DNA of 64,000 bases from Candidatus Latescibacterota bacterium (GCA_038279365.1 JAYODI010000005.1:13728-77727), one strand, 5' to 3'. Counted from the stretch's first letter, positions 1-10,382 are shown. The notes: generated by a model from the sequence alone, not told the origin. Numbers and translations: made by a program.

Positions 1-21
1 CCCAAAAACAAGGTAGGTTTT

Positions 22-48
22 TATTCGTCTATTCGTCTATTCGTCTAT
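22..48. repeat. 8-bp tandem repeat (TATTCGTC)x3 downstream of rpmG
   Basis: Sequence reads tattcgtc-tattcgtc-tattcgtc-tat; the reverse complement recurs at 55975-56001. Confidence 0.85.
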
Positions 49-63
49 GCGTTTAAATTGTCT

Positions 64-228
64 TTATCGATCTTCACGATACGTCACATGCTTGCGCAAA
101 GACGGATCAAATTTCTTCAATTCCAAACGGTCAGGCGTATTTTGGCGATTCTTTTCTGTGTGATAATAATGCGAGCTTTCTGTGCTCTTCATCTTTACCA
201 AAATGCGGCTACCTTGTCGCTTGGCCAT
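64..228 (-). CDS. rpmG: 50S ribosomal protein L33 (Cys-free form)
   Basis: 54 aa MAKRQGSRILVKMKSTE...YHTEKNRQNTPDRLELKKFDP...HVTYRE; GGAGGT SD upstream of ATG at 228. Confidence 0.95.
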   Translation of the reverse strand: MAKRQGSRILVKMKSTESSHYYHTEKNRQNTPDRLELKKFDPSLRKHVTYREDR

Positions 229-568
229 ATGACCACCTCCATAAAATCCGGCAAAAAATTCTAATGACAAAAGCTAAGATCCAATTGCCCCAAACATCAA
301 AATGAGCCAACATGAAGTGGGGCAAGAAGATACAATATACAGATTTGCCAACCAACGATCAAGAATTTTGTTCATCTAATGTCATTTCCCAACCCCAAAA
401 ACCAAACCAAGATCATATTTTACAATATTTTAATTAAAAAAATAAACCAGTTGAAAATTGGCGATAAATTGCATATCCTTAAATAGAAAGACAAAATCAA
501 AAATACAAAATAGCATATAAGAAATGATAAAACAGCACTTTACAAGAAATCTACCAGAAAGGTATATC

Positions 569-919
569 ATGCCAGCAGAAACCATATTCAGCAAAATTAT
601 TCGACGCGAAATACCAGCAGACATCCTTTACCAAGACGATTTGGTAACTGCATTTCGCGACATCAACCCCCAAGCGCCCTCGCACATCTTAATCATTCCC
701 AACAAACTCATTCCCACCGCCAATGATGTCACATTAGAAGATGAACCCATTTTGGGCAGGCTGTTTACGGTTGCTGCCAAAATTGCCAAAGAAGAAGGTA
801 TTGCCGATGATGGTTATCGACTCATTATGAATTGCAATACCCACGCAGGACAAGAAGTGTACCATATTCACCTCCATGTTTTAGGTGGGCGTCCATTGGG
901 ACCTATGCTGGTTAGATAA
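569..919 (+). CDS. hinT: HIT-family purine nucleoside phosphoramidase
   Basis: [13 protein letters not shown]-terminus, FRDINPQAP, histidine triad HIHLH; start moved to ATG 569. Confidence 0.93.
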   Translation: MPAETIFSKIIRREIPADILYQDDLVTAFRDINPQAPSHILIIPNKLIPTANDVTLEDEPILGRLFTVAAKIAKEEGIADDGYRLIMNCNTHAGQEVYHIHLHVLGGRPLGPMLVR

Positions 920-933
920 ACCTATTTTGTATT

Positions 934-1227
934 TCAATCAGAAGTATGAGGCGGTTTTTTACGCGGTGGCACAGGGTCAAAACCACCTACAGATAGAGGA
1001 TGACAACGCAACAATCGACGCACAGACAACCCCAATGCCATCACAAAAGAATGCACTTGGAACGCCTCTTTTGCATAAGCAGAACACGTAGGATGATACC
1101 GACAAGGGCTGGGCGCAAAAGCAAAAAAACGCATCACAGGTGCCAACACAACCTGATAAACCCAAATCGCTGCTTGTGCCAATATCCGCAACAGGCGATC
1201 TATAAAAGAAATAGGATTGACCATCAT
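934..1227 (-). CDS. yidD: Membrane protein insertion efficiency factor YidD
   Basis: [10 protein letters not shown]...RLLRCHP...GGFDPVP signature. Confidence 0.9.
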   Translation of the reverse strand: MMVNPISFIDRLLRILAQAAIWVYQVVLAPVMRFFAFAPSPCRYHPTCSAYAKEAFQVHSFVMALGLSVRRLLRCHPLSVGGFDPVPPRKKPPHTSD

Positions 1228-1341
1228 TTTTTTTAGGGTATATTAACCGGAAGTTTTTAAAATCGCGAGTTCAATAATATAGTACAAAGCATTGTAACCA
1301 TACAAGCCTTGTATTTCTCCTCACCGAATGGAGGCCTGGCA

Positions 1342-2187
1342 ATGGGTCTGCCAGATATTCAAAATACAAAAGACAAGCGTGGTATTGAAATTGACCAAGT
1401 AGGTGTTTCAAATGTTCGATACCCCCTCACCTTACCCACACGCGACAATGGCGAATTTCATACCGTTGCCAATCTGTCTATGACCGTGAGCTTGCCTCAT
1501 TATCAAAAAGGCACGCACATGTCGCGATTTATGATTGCACTCAACGAACAGCACAAACACTTTACGCCAGGCAGTGTGCACATAGTACTTGAAGAAATGC
1601 TGGAATTGCTCGAAGCCGAAGAAGCCTTTTTGAGCATGCAATTTCCCATCTTCTTATCTCGCAAAGCACCCGTAACAGGCATTGAAGGCATGTTGGATTA
1701 CAACTGCACATTTAAAGCCATGCACACCAAAGACGGCGTTCATGACAAACTTGTTGGCGTACGTGCCAATGTCGCCAGTTTGTGCCCATGCAGCAAAGAA
1801 ATCAGCGAATACGGTGCTCACAACCAACGTTCAGAAGTCACAATGAATGTGCGCCCTGCCGATGAAGAGTTCATTTGGTTTGAAGACCTCATCGACATTG
1901 CCGAATACAACGCCTCCTGCCAATTATACCCCATACTCAAACGCCCCGATGAAAAACACGTAACTGAGCGAGCCTACGACAACCCAAAATTTGTTGAAGA
2001 CATCGTACGCGACGTTGCCTCAGACTTGTTAAACCTCATCAGCGAAGAACGCATCAAATGGTTTTATGCATCGAGCAACAACTACGAAAGCATTCACAAT
2101 CACGATGCATTTGCCAAAATCGAGCGCGGTGTACGCGGCCCCTTGCTTACACATCGTCGCGAAGCAGAAAGTGAAGTGAAACTGTAA
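1342..2187 (+). CDS. folE2: GTP cyclohydrolase IB (FolE2)
   Basis: PDIQ, KGTHMSRF, SLCPCSKEISEYGAHNQRS, KRPDEK, ESIHNHDA motifs; GGAGG SD before ATG 1342. Confidence 0.95.
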   Translation: MGLPDIQNTKDKRGIEIDQVGVSNVRYPLTLPTRDNGEFHTVANLSMTVSLPHYQKGTHMSRFMIALNEQHKHFTPGSVHIVLEEMLELLEAEEAFLSMQFPIFLSRKAPVTGIEGMLDYNCTFKAMHTKDGVHDKLVGVRANVASLCPCSKEISEYGAHNQRSEVTMNVRPADEEFIWFEDLIDIAEYNASCQLYPILKRPDEKHVTERAYDNPKFVEDIVRDVASDLLNLISEERIKWFYASSNNYESIHNHDAFAKIERGVRGPLLTHRREAESEVKL

Positions 2188-2210
2188 TTTTGTAAAAAAT
2201 CTCAATATAC

Positions 2211-2248
2211 AAAAAGGCCAGTGGATACGTGTTCCACTGGCCTTTTTT
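2211..2248. terminator. Bidirectional intrinsic terminator between folE2 and sufE
   Basis: AAAAAGGCCAGTGGA-loop-TCCACTGGCCTTTTTT. Confidence 0.85.
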
Positions 2249-2274
2249 ATGATCTGTATATCTTTACATGCACA

Positions 2275-2694
2275 CTATGCCGCAGTTGCCAATGCAAGCT
2301 CGTGAATCCGTTTCACCATAGAAGCAAACCCGTTGGCGCGATTGGGGCTTAAATGCTTGGCCAATTCAATCTTTTCAAAAAGACTTCGAATATCTGCCGT
2401 CAAAATCTCTTTCGCCGTTTTCCCCGAATACAACGCCAACAAAATAGCCACCAATCCTTTTACAATTTGTGCATCACTATCGGCACGAAATTCAATTGTA
2501 GGTGGATCACCTTGCTTAACTTCAGTAATCAACCACACATTGCTTACGCACCCTTGTACGCGATTTTCATCTGTCTTAAACACATCATCAAGCGGCTCCA
2601 ACTTACGCCCCAATTCAATAATGTACCGATAACGCGCTTCCCAATCGTCCAAAATTTCAAAATTCTGCATAATCCGATCAATGGTTATATCCAT
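2275..2694 (-). CDS. sufE: SufE-family sulfur acceptor
   Basis: DWEARYRYIIELG, VQGCVSNVW, ADSDAQIVKGL, LSPNRANG; start ATG 2694. Confidence 0.92.
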   Translation of the reverse strand: MDITIDRIMQNFEILDDWEARYRYIIELGRKLEPLDDVFKTDENRVQGCVSNVWLITEVKQGDPPTIEFRADSDAQIVKGLVAILLALYSGKTAKEILTADIRSLFEKIELAKHLSPNRANGFASMVKRIHELALATAA

Positions 2695-2710
2695 AAAATC
2701 CTCACAATAA

Positions 2711-2795
2711 GGCAAACGGCAAATGTGAAACGGCAAACGCCACCTCATCCACCCAAGTGCAGTTATAGCTTTGCATTTGCCGTTTGGCGTTTCAC
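2711..2795. repeat. Inverted arrays of degenerate heptamers (GGCAAAC / TTTGCCG) between hemB and sufE
   Basis: GGCAAAC GGCAAAT GTGAAAC GGCAAAC ... TTTGCA TTTGCCG TTTGGCG TTTCAC. Confidence 0.7.
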
Positions 2796-3763
2796 TTCAT
2801 CAACCGCGCCACATCCATCGCAAAATATGTCAAAATCAAATCTGCGCCCGCACGTTTCATGCTCAGCAACAACTCATCGCGCACCCGCGCTTCATCAACC
2901 CACCCCATTTGCGCCGCAGCTTTCACCATAGCAAATTCACCACTCACATTATAAGCCGCCACAGGCACACCAAACGTCGATTTTACCCGATAAATAATAT
3001 CCAAATAAGACAAAGCCGGCTTCACCATGACCAAATCGGCCCCCTCATCCAAATCAAGTGCCACCTCCTGCAATGCCTCATCGCCATTGGCCGGATCCAT
3101 CTGATATGAACGCCGATCACCAAATTGGGGCGCAGATTCTGCCGCCTCACGAAATGGTCCATAAAACCCCGAACAATATTTTGCGGCATAAGCCATAATG
3201 GGAATGTGATCAAAATCTTCTGTATCCAGTGCTTGCCGAATGGCCCCCACACGCCCATCCATCATATCTGAAGGTGCCACCATATCGGCCCCAGCACGCG
3301 CATGCGACAACGACTCTTTCACCAACAAATCCACCGTTTCATCGTTGCTTACATCTTCGCCCACAATCACACCACAATGCCCATGGCTGGTGTATTCACA
3401 CAAACACACATCTGTAATCACAAATAAATTGGGCACCTGTTTTTTGAGTGCAACAATCGCACGTTGTATAATGCCATGGTCGTGATAGGCCTCACTGCCA
3501 ACTTCATCTTTGTGATCTGGAATGCCAAATAAAATTACTGCAGGAATGCCCAAATCTAAAATTTCTTTGCCCGTTTCAATCAGCACATCAATAGACATTT
3601 GATAATTACCCGGCATTGAGGAAATCTCTTTTTTGACACCATCGCCAGGGCAAACAAACAGAGGCATAATCAAATCGTCAACTCGCAAATGGTTCTCACG
3701 CACCATTCGACGTGTGGTTTCTGTGGCACGCATACGGCGCATACGTGTAATTGGAAAAGACAT
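2792..3763 (-). CDS. hemB: Porphobilinogen synthase (Zn-binding type)
   Basis: [43 protein letters not shown]; start ATG 3763. Confidence 0.97.
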   Translation of the reverse strand: MSFPITRMRRMRATETTRRMVRENHLRVDDLIMPLFVCPGDGVKKEISSMPGNYQMSIDVLIETGKEILDLGIPAVILFGIPDHKDEVGSEAYHDHGIIQRAIVALKKQVPNLFVITDVCLCEYTSHGHCGVIVGEDVSNDETVDLLVKESLSHARAGADMVAPSDMMDGRVGAIRQALDTEDFDHIPIMAYAAKYCSGFYGPFREAAESAPQFGDRRSYQMDPANGDEALQEVALDLDEGADLVMVKPALSYLDIIYRVKSTFGVPVAAYNVSGEFAMVKAAAQMGWVDEARVRDELLLSMKRAGADLILTYFAMDVARLMK

Positions 3764-3891
3764 ATATAATAACCTAAAAAGTGAATTGTAAATGGCGAGA
3801 TGAGAACACTGATATACCCAAACAATATACACCATATCCCTATAAAAAATCAATCATTGATTCGCTATTGCCACCTCCTTACCAATAGATA

Positions 3892-5220
3892 TCAATATTC
3901 TCTTACCAACAGACCACCCACATTTTTTTCATCAGCAAATGCACCATAGGTATGAGGGCGACGTTGCATCCAATTCACGCCACGCAAACATCCGCCACTC
4001 ACGGCTCGAATACCATCTTCCAATTCAATCTGCGCATTCACATAAGGTTTGCTGCCGTCATTCCATACCAACACTTCACCGGTGCGATCTATAATACAAC
4101 TCCCTTTGGCATTGTTTACGGCAATCACCATACACACCTGATTGTCCATAGCGCGTGTTTGCATAATGGCCCGAAACCGATCAGGGTCCCAACCTTTATC
4201 ACCCAGAAACTGTGCCCGATGATCACCCATAATGGGCAAAAGCAAAAAGTCTGCACCATTTAACCCAATCATACGCGCCGACTCTGCCGCTGAAGAATCC
4301 ATACAAATATTGCATCCAATACGTCCAATCTCTGTATCAAATACAGGAAAATCATCACCGGGCAAAATACCCGAATCCATCTCTCCACCCACAGCCAAAT
4401 GCACTTTGCGATATACTCCTTCTACATCACCCGTGGGACCAAACAAAACCGCGCTGTTATGTACCGCATCGCCATCTCTTTCTATCATACCCAACAAAAC
4501 ATGTAGATCATATTCACGTGCAAGCTGTGCAAAGGGTTCGGTCTCTTCACTAATCACCGGCACTGCCAAATCTATGGGACTGCCCTTTATACCATATTGC
4601 AAACAAATTTCTGGCAACACCACCAAATCAATACTTTCGGCTTGGCATGCTTCTCGACACAACGGCACATAAAAATCGACATTATCCTGAATCGATTCAA
4701 AACGTCTCTTGCGATCACCATGTTTCCCAGTCACCACACAAACAGAAACAGGTTCTATAGGCTCACTGACTTCACGCATCGTAATCTCAGGCATTTGCCA
4801 ATCGGCCGACCCAGTCACCGACCACCTAAATGTATAGCGTAAAATCAGTTGAGTCACATCCTTGGGCGCAACCAAACACCGAGAAAACCGAACCTGTTCT
4901 GTATCCCATTCGGGCAGTAAAAAGTCCCACGCCTTCACCCCTTCTCCTCGACGCCGAGACGCCAGAGGACTCAATTCACCCCAAAATGCTTCACACCGCA
5001 ACACATCGCGCACCCGCTCAACATCTTGATAGGCTGCTTCCACCTCTATTACATAGGCTTGCCCCATTTCCAAGCCCGAATAGGTCAACTGCCACCCGCC
5101 TACACAAGTTCGTGTACCATTAGCAGCAACAGACAATTTATCATGGTGTTGTTCTGTCAAAGGCGCCGCTTTTGCATGAGGTGCCCAAGGTGTGACCGAT
5201 TTCAATATCAAGTCTGCCAT
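3892..5220 (-). CDS. Carbon-nitrogen hydrolase (nitrilase superfamily) with ~150-aa N-terminal extension
   Basis: E-K-C triad contexts VLPE, YRKVH, ICMD. Confidence 0.85.
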   Translation of the reverse strand: MADLILKSVTPWAPHAKAAPLTEQHHDKLSVAANGTRTCVGGWQLTYSGLEMGQAYVIEVEAAYQDVERVRDVLRCEAFWGELSPLASRRRGEGVKAWDFLLPEWDTEQVRFSRCLVAPKDVTQLILRYTFRWSVTGSADWQMPEITMREVSEPIEPVSVCVVTGKHGDRKRRFESIQDNVDFYVPLCREACQAESIDLVVLPEICLQYGIKGSPIDLAVPVISEETEPFAQLAREYDLHVLLGMIERDGDAVHNSAVLFGPTGDVEGVYRKVHLAVGGEMDSGILPGDDFPVFDTEIGRIGCNICMDSSAAESARMIGLNGADFLLLPIMGDHRAQFLGDKGWDPDRFRAIMQTRAMDNQVCMVIAVNNAKGSCIIDRTGEVLVWNDGSKPYVNAQIELEDGIRAVSGGCLRGVNWMQRRPHTYGAFADEKNVGGLLVREY

Positions 5221-5269
5221 TTTATATCTTTCCCAATACCAAATTCGTTTTACGTTCTATGCCATCACC

Positions 5270-6112
5270 TTACGCCACCCAGTGTCTATAAAGTGGCTTC
5301 ACATCATCAGGCAATGATTCATATACATCGCGTTTTAGAGGTTGCGACTCATAATTTTTTCCACCCGTTTCGACCACCATCATCTCATGTTCTGGTTTGC
5401 CAATATGTGAGGGATTCAAATTGAGCCACCAAGGAGCATAACGTACAATCAATGCCACGCGTTTTTCATCACTCACATTGGGTGCCACGGCGTGCCACAA
5501 CCGACTGTCATATATCAGCACACTACCAGCAACCCCCGTCACCTGAATTTCTGTTGGGTAAGGTGCATCTCGATCAATATCATCCATCAAACCCGCAGAT
5601 GGATTGTTATCAGACCGATGACTGCCAGGCACCACAAATGTACCTCCATTTTGATCATTAAAATCCGTCAGCATCCAAATCGTAGCCAAATGCAATAACG
5701 CATCGGGATAAGGTGTTGGTATATGAGACGCATTGGTGGCATTATAAGGCCAATCGGCATGCCAATAACCACGTTCATTGCCAGGATAATTAATCACACA
5801 ATCCGTACAGGAAATCCGTGCATACGGGCCAAACAAAACATCGACCACATCCATCAATTTACGGCTCGCCACATAAGGCGCAAACACTTGTGTTTCATTG
5901 ATCACTTGCCGCAAACTTGCCACACCGTCAACGCCCATGCGATGTCCTTTGGCACGCGTTGCAGCTCTTGCCGCTTCCGATTGGGCATGCCCACGCGCCT
6001 GCGCGGCGACCACACCTTCACACACTGTAACAACGTTCTCTTTGGGAATCACACCTTCTATCACACAAAACCCATCGCGCCCCAACCGATCAACAACAGA
6101 TAAAACCGACAT
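5270..6112 (-). CDS. Phytanoyl-CoA dioxygenase (PhyH)-family Fe(II)/2OG oxygenase
   Basis: DGFCVIEG, WHAD, NGGTFVVPGSH, AGSVLIYDSRLWH. Confidence 0.9.
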   Translation of the reverse strand: MSVLSVVDRLGRDGFCVIEGVIPKENVVTVCEGVVAAQARGHAQSEAARAATRAKGHRMGVDGVASLRQVINETQVFAPYVASRKLMDVVDVLFGPYARISCTDCVINYPGNERGYWHADWPYNATNASHIPTPYPDALLHLATIWMLTDFNDQNGGTFVVPGSHRSDNNPSAGLMDDIDRDAPYPTEIQVTGVAGSVLIYDSRLWHAVAPNVSDEKRVALIVRYAPWWLNLNPSHIGKPEHEMMVVETGGKNYESQPLKRDVYESLPDDVKPLYRHWVA

Positions 6113-6205
6113 ATGCCCTCACAAAAAAGAGACCTACGCAGTATATTGTAAGCCTCGTTAAAACATGCTCATCACTTCTATCCGAAATCCAAACAATAGG
6201 CTCTC

Positions 6206-6505
6206 TTATTCCACGCGAAACTTTCCCTTTTTTGCCATCGTCTCTTCGAGTTTTCGAATTTCAATTTGTTGATTGTTGACAATATCTTGTAATTCTTTTA
6301 CGGCTTCTTTGCCTTTTTTAATTTCTTCACTAATCTCAGAATTTTCTAAATTATTTACCTTAATTTTATCTTCCAAATCGATGTGTTCAGCTTTTAAAAT
6401 TTCAAGCAAAGACCCTTGGATACGCGCACTGGCCAAATACTCCTTCACAACAACAAGGGTATACATAACCGTAGCAATAGCAAAAACAATAAAAACCCAA
6501 TCCAT
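6206..6505 (-). CDS. Small N-terminally membrane-anchored coiled-coil protein
   Basis: Hydrophobic N-terminal helix, then a charged heptad-like region; GAGGAG SD. Confidence 0.75.
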   Translation of the reverse strand: MDWVFIVFAIATVMYTLVVVKEYLASARIQGSLLEILKAEHIDLEDKIKVNNLENSEISEEIKKGKEAVKELQDIVNNQQIEIRKLEETMAKKGKFRVE

Positions 6506-6531
6506 TGTTGTCTCCTCAGAATATATCTCTA

Positions 6532-6795
6532 TTACTTTTTGGTCATTTCAGCCAGCTTCCTTGTATTCTTTTCTATTTGAAGCTTTAACGTGCGCTGGAT
6601 ACGCTCTTCTGTTTTCAAATTTTGCACAGCCACAGCTTTGGTACTTTCTGCCACACGCAAAGCTGTTTTCATTTTGCTATTATCTGCCTGCGCTTCTGCA
6701 ACCATACGGCGAAGCCTTTGAATCTGGGCCGTTGTATAAAACTTGGCCAGAATCACCATCACCAAACCCAAAATGGCTGCAATTCCCGAAATCAT
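6532..6795 (-). CDS. Small N-terminally membrane-anchored coiled-coil protein
   Basis: MISGIAAILGLVMVILAKFY followed by an A/K/E/Q-rich helix; start ATG 6795. Confidence 0.7.
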   Translation of the reverse strand: MISGIAAILGLVMVILAKFYTTAQIQRLRRMVAEAQADNSKMKTALRVAESTKAVAVQNLKTEERIQRTLKLQIEKNTRKLAEMTKK

Positions 6796-6985
6796 AATCC
6801 AAAAACCCTTATATACACCTGGTAAAGCTTCCGGATTTACCAGGTGCCAAGCATCACACCCAAGCACATAAACATATATAAAATAAGGCCTTTTAAACCA
6901 TTTTCCAATCACAGAATGAAAAATCAGCACCCAAAAATCTCTTGTCAAGTTTCAATATTGGGTGTGCCATTCCCCTTCTATATTG

Positions 6986-7909
6986 TCACCGTTTGGAAAC
7001 CGTTCCACCCAGCGTACCCAAAGCAGATCCAAAAACAACCAAAACGGCCCCCATAATCGACAATCCATTTAAAGGCTCAGGTAGAATTAAGTCGGTTAAA
7101 AAAGTGGCCGCAAAATAAGCATTGCCCATCGTAATGAGCGGTGTGAGTGCCACAACAATGCCTGTGCGAGAAGCTTCTAAGTGATTCATCGCAATACCAA
7201 AACTCACATACGAAACAACAGTTAATGCCGCAGACAAAACCACCAATCCCATCTGCCCATAAGTCAAAGAAAGCAGTGCCAATGGCTGTGACATAGGTGA
7301 CAATATAAACACACTTGATACATAAATAACAAACAAAACGACCTCAGGTGGCAAAGTGCTTTGCATTTGTTTTTGAGCCATAATATAAGATGCCCAAAAA
7401 ATGGCCGCCAACACCACCATCAAAATGCCCCCACCATACACACTCTGCAACAAATCGGCATAACGTAAATTAAAAAATAAAAGCATGCCAATAATCAAAA
7501 CAAGCAAACCCCACCACTGCCTCGAATTAAATTTTTCACCAAAAATAAGCATGCCACCTAACAACACAAACATGGGTGCCAATTGAATCACCACCTGTGC
7601 TGCACCAGGTGATACAAAGTGCAGACTCGACATATAGGTCACATAATTGCCGCACAAACCCACGATACAAATAAGCATCAACCAAGGCATGTGACAAACC
7701 TGTAATACAGATCGCCAACCATATCGCATCAATAACAGCGGTGCCAGCAACATACCCGCTACCAAAAACCGTGCCCAAGCCAATGTATACACTTCAACCC
7801 ATTGCACAAGCACTTTTAAAATCACGGGCAATGTGCCCCAAATCAGTGCCGTAAACAATGCCAACAAAAGCCCCAATGTCCGCCGCCCAGTTACCTGATG
7901 TCGATTCAC
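6986..7909 (-). CDS. EamA/DMT-family transporter
   Basis: About ten TM segments; ALIWGT, ARF, AQVVIQLAP, LIFGEK motifs; GTG start overlaps the upstream TGA (GTGA). Confidence 0.9.
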   Translation of the reverse strand: MNRHQVTGRRTLGLLLALFTALIWGTLPVILKVLVQWVEVYTLAWARFLVAGMLLAPLLLMRYGWRSVLQVCHMPWLMLICIVGLCGNYVTYMSSLHFVSPGAAQVVIQLAPMFVLLGGMLIFGEKFNSRQWWGLLVLIIGMLLFFNLRYADLLQSVYGGGILMVVLAAIFWASYIMAQKQMQSTLPPEVVLFVIYVSSVFILSPMSQPLALLSLTYGQMGLVVLSAALTVVSYVSFGIAMNHLEASRTGIVVALTPLITMGNAYFAATFLTDLILPEPLNGLSIMGAVLVVFGSALGTLGGTVSKR

Positions 7910-8433
7910 ACGTGCCCTTTCACACCATCCACTATTTTTTTTAATGCACAATAATAAGCCAATTTTGTGGCCCGAGGCATGGGCAATGCCCCACTGGTTG
8001 AAGGTGCCAGAAAAAGAATGGCTCCTTCCAATGTCTCTTCTTGTAAGCCATACGCTCTTTTTTCTTTTATCACTTTTACATACCCACTCTTGCCATTAAA
8101 ACACACCACATGCGGTTTGAATTTCCGTAGTTTTTTCTTAAGCACATCAAACCCACACACATATTCATCATCCGTCAATGGCCCAATACCACGCGTGGCC
8201 CGCCCCTTTACAATATCGGTCACCCCAATGCCATAATCCAACAACAAATGATCTTCTTCAGGTTTTAAGAGCCGATTTGTCAACCCACTTTCATATAAAA
8301 AAGGCCAAAACTGATTGTTTCGACCCGCATAATAATATCCTACCTCAGCAGATTTTAAACTGGGATTAAAACCCACAAAAACCAAATCCAACCCAATCCT
8401 CAAATAATCTCGTAAAACATTTTCGGACGCCAT
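7906..8433 (-). CDS. mug: G/U mismatch-specific DNA glycosylase (UDG family 2)
   Basis: VFVGFNPS, YYAGRNNQFW, GIGVTDIV, APSTSG. Confidence 0.88.
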   Translation of the reverse strand: MASENVLRDYLRIGLDLVFVGFNPSLKSAEVGYYYAGRNNQFWPFLYESGLTNRLLKPEEDHLLLDYGIGVTDIVKGRATRGIGPLTDDEYVCGFDVLKKKLRKFKPHVVCFNGKSGYVKVIKEKRAYGLQEETLEGAILFLAPSTSGALPMPRATKLAYYCALKKIVDGVKGHV

Positions 8434-8675
8434 TTTAAAACCTTATATATTGACATGACGGTCACAATGTGTTTAAGTCATGACAACGCAATAATAAACA
8501 AGCACACCCTTGTGCTAAATTTCACTTATTTCAATTTTTGCAACAAAGTATGCAGATTAATTCAATTTACTGCAACAGTATTTTTCGCTATTATTGAGCC
8601 ATAAGAAAACGTAAAATGTCTAAAAAAAATCATCGAAATTGATAAAAATATCCACTTTGAAAGGGTATCTGCATT

Positions 8676-10382
8676 ATGCCACAACTTAATAAGTTCAGTT
8701 CCCAAATCACACAAAAAAAATCACAAGGCGCATCTCAAGCCATGCTTTATGCCACAGGATTGAGCCGAGAAGATATGGCCAAACCACAAATAGGCATCGC
8801 CTCTGTATGGTATGAAGGCAACTCGTGCAACATGCACCTCAACGATTTGGCCCTGGAAGTCAAAAAAGGCGTGACCGAAGCAGGTAGTGTGGGCATGCGC
8901 TTTAACACCATTGGTGTTTCCGACGGTATTTCAATGGGCACAGATGGCATGTCCTATTCCCTCCAATCACGTGACCTCATTGCCGATTCCATCGAAACCG
9001 TAATGGGTGCCCAATGGTATGATGCACTCGTTGCACTACCCGGTTGCGACAAAAACATGCCCGGTGTCGTCATGGCTATGGGGCGGCTTAATCGCCCTGC
9101 CCTTATGGTCTACGGAGGTACTATCAAACCTGGCTGTGCCCTCATTCAAGGCGAAGAACGCAAACTAGACATCGTTTCTGCCTTCCAAAGTTATGGTGAA
9201 TTTCTCACCCAAGCCATCAACGATGAAGAACGCCAAAACATTGTTGAACACGCCTGCCCCGGGGCAGGTGCATGTGGTGGGATGTATACAGCCAACACCA
9301 TGGCCAGTGCCATCGAATGTATGGGCCTTTCACTGCCCTATTCATCATGCACACCCGCCGAAGACCCCGAAAAAATAGCCGAATGTATTCGTGCTGGCCA
9401 CACGGCGCAAGCCCTCTTAGAAGCCGACCTTAAACCACGTGATATCGTCACCAAACAATCTTTCCTCAACGCCATTCGCTTGGCCATCATCACTGGTGGA
9501 TCCACCAATCTCGTGCTTCACCTGTTGGCCATGGCCCGCGCATTTGATGTGGATCTGCACATTGACGAATTTCAAAAAATGTCAAACGAAACACCGCTTC
9601 TATGTGACCTGAAACCATCTGGCCGTTATGTGATGGAAGAATTGCACAAAATTGGTGGTACACCCGCCCTCATGAAAATGTTGCTCGATGCCGACCTCAT
9701 CGACGGCAACCAAATGACCATCACAGGCAAAACCATTGCTGAAAACTTAAAAGACATAACCACCATCCCCCCCTATGGCACAGGCGAAGGCCAACAAGAC
9801 ATTGTGCGCCCCTTCGACAACCCCATCAAGATCACGGGTCACCTGCAAATCTTACGTGGCAACCTTGCCCCCGAAGGATCAGTGGGCAAAATCACAGGCA
9901 AAGAAGGCGAAGTCTTTGAAGGCACCGCCAACGTTTTTGACAGCGAAGAAGATATGCTCGGAGCACTTGAACAAGGCAAAATCGAAAAAGGTAACGTGAT
10001 CATCATTCGCTACGAAGGCCCCAAGGGTGGCCCCGGCATGCCCGAAATGCTCACCCCCACATCGGCATTGGCCGGTGCGGGCTTGGTCAACGATGTGGCC
10101 CTCATCACCGATGGTCGTTTCTCTGGCGGATCACACGGTTTCCTTATTGGTCATGTGGTGCCCGAAGCCATTGAAGGCGGCCCCATTGCACTGGTTAAAA
10201 CAGGCGACAAAGTCACCATCGATTGTAAAATTGGCGAAATCAACATGGACGTGTCCGATGAAGAATTGGCAAAACGCCGTGCCGCCTGGACCAAGCCCGA
10301 TTACCCCGCCAAACGTGGTACCCTTTACAAATACATCAAAAATGTAAAAACAGCCTCCGAAGGCTGTGTTACCGACGAGTAA
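8676..10382 (+). CDS. ilvD: Dihydroxy-acid dehydratase
   Basis: [53 protein letters not shown]. Confidence 0.97.
   Translation: MPQLNKFSSQITQKKSQGASQAMLYATGLSREDMAKPQIGIASVWYEGNSCNMHLNDLALEVKKGVTEAGSVGMRFNTIGVSDGISMGTDGMSYSLQSRDLIADSIETVMGAQWYDALVALPGCDKNMPGVVMAMGRLNRPALMVYGGTIKPGCALIQGEERKLDIVSAFQSYGEFLTQAINDEERQNIVEHACPGAGACGGMYTANTMASAIECMGLSLPYSSCTPAEDPEKIAECIRAGHTAQALLEADLKPRDIVTKQSFLNAIRLAIITGGSTNLVLHLLAMARAFDVDLHIDEFQKMSNETPLLCDLKPSGRYVMEELHKIGGTPALMKMLLDADLIDGNQMTITGKTIAENLKDITTIPPYGTGEGQQDIVRPFDNPIKITGHLQILRGNLAPEGSVGKITGKEGEVFEGTANVFDSEEDMLGALEQGKIEKGNVIIIRYEGPKGGPGMPEMLTPTSALAGAGLVNDVALITDGRFSGGSHGFLIGHVVPEAIEGGPIALVKTGDKVTIDCKIGEINMDVSDEELAKRRAAWTKPDYPAKRGTLYKYIKNVKTASEGCVTDE

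Noticed and set aside
64-3763. Zinc-starvation (Zur) island suggested by Cys-free L33 and FolE2
   Set aside because: HemB here is the Cys-rich Zn-binding type, the genes are not co-transcribed, and I found no convincing Zur palindrome.
8434-8675. ilv attenuator or T-box upstream of ilvD
   Set aside because: No Ile/Leu/Val-rich leader peptide, T-box motif or terminator hairpin is visible.
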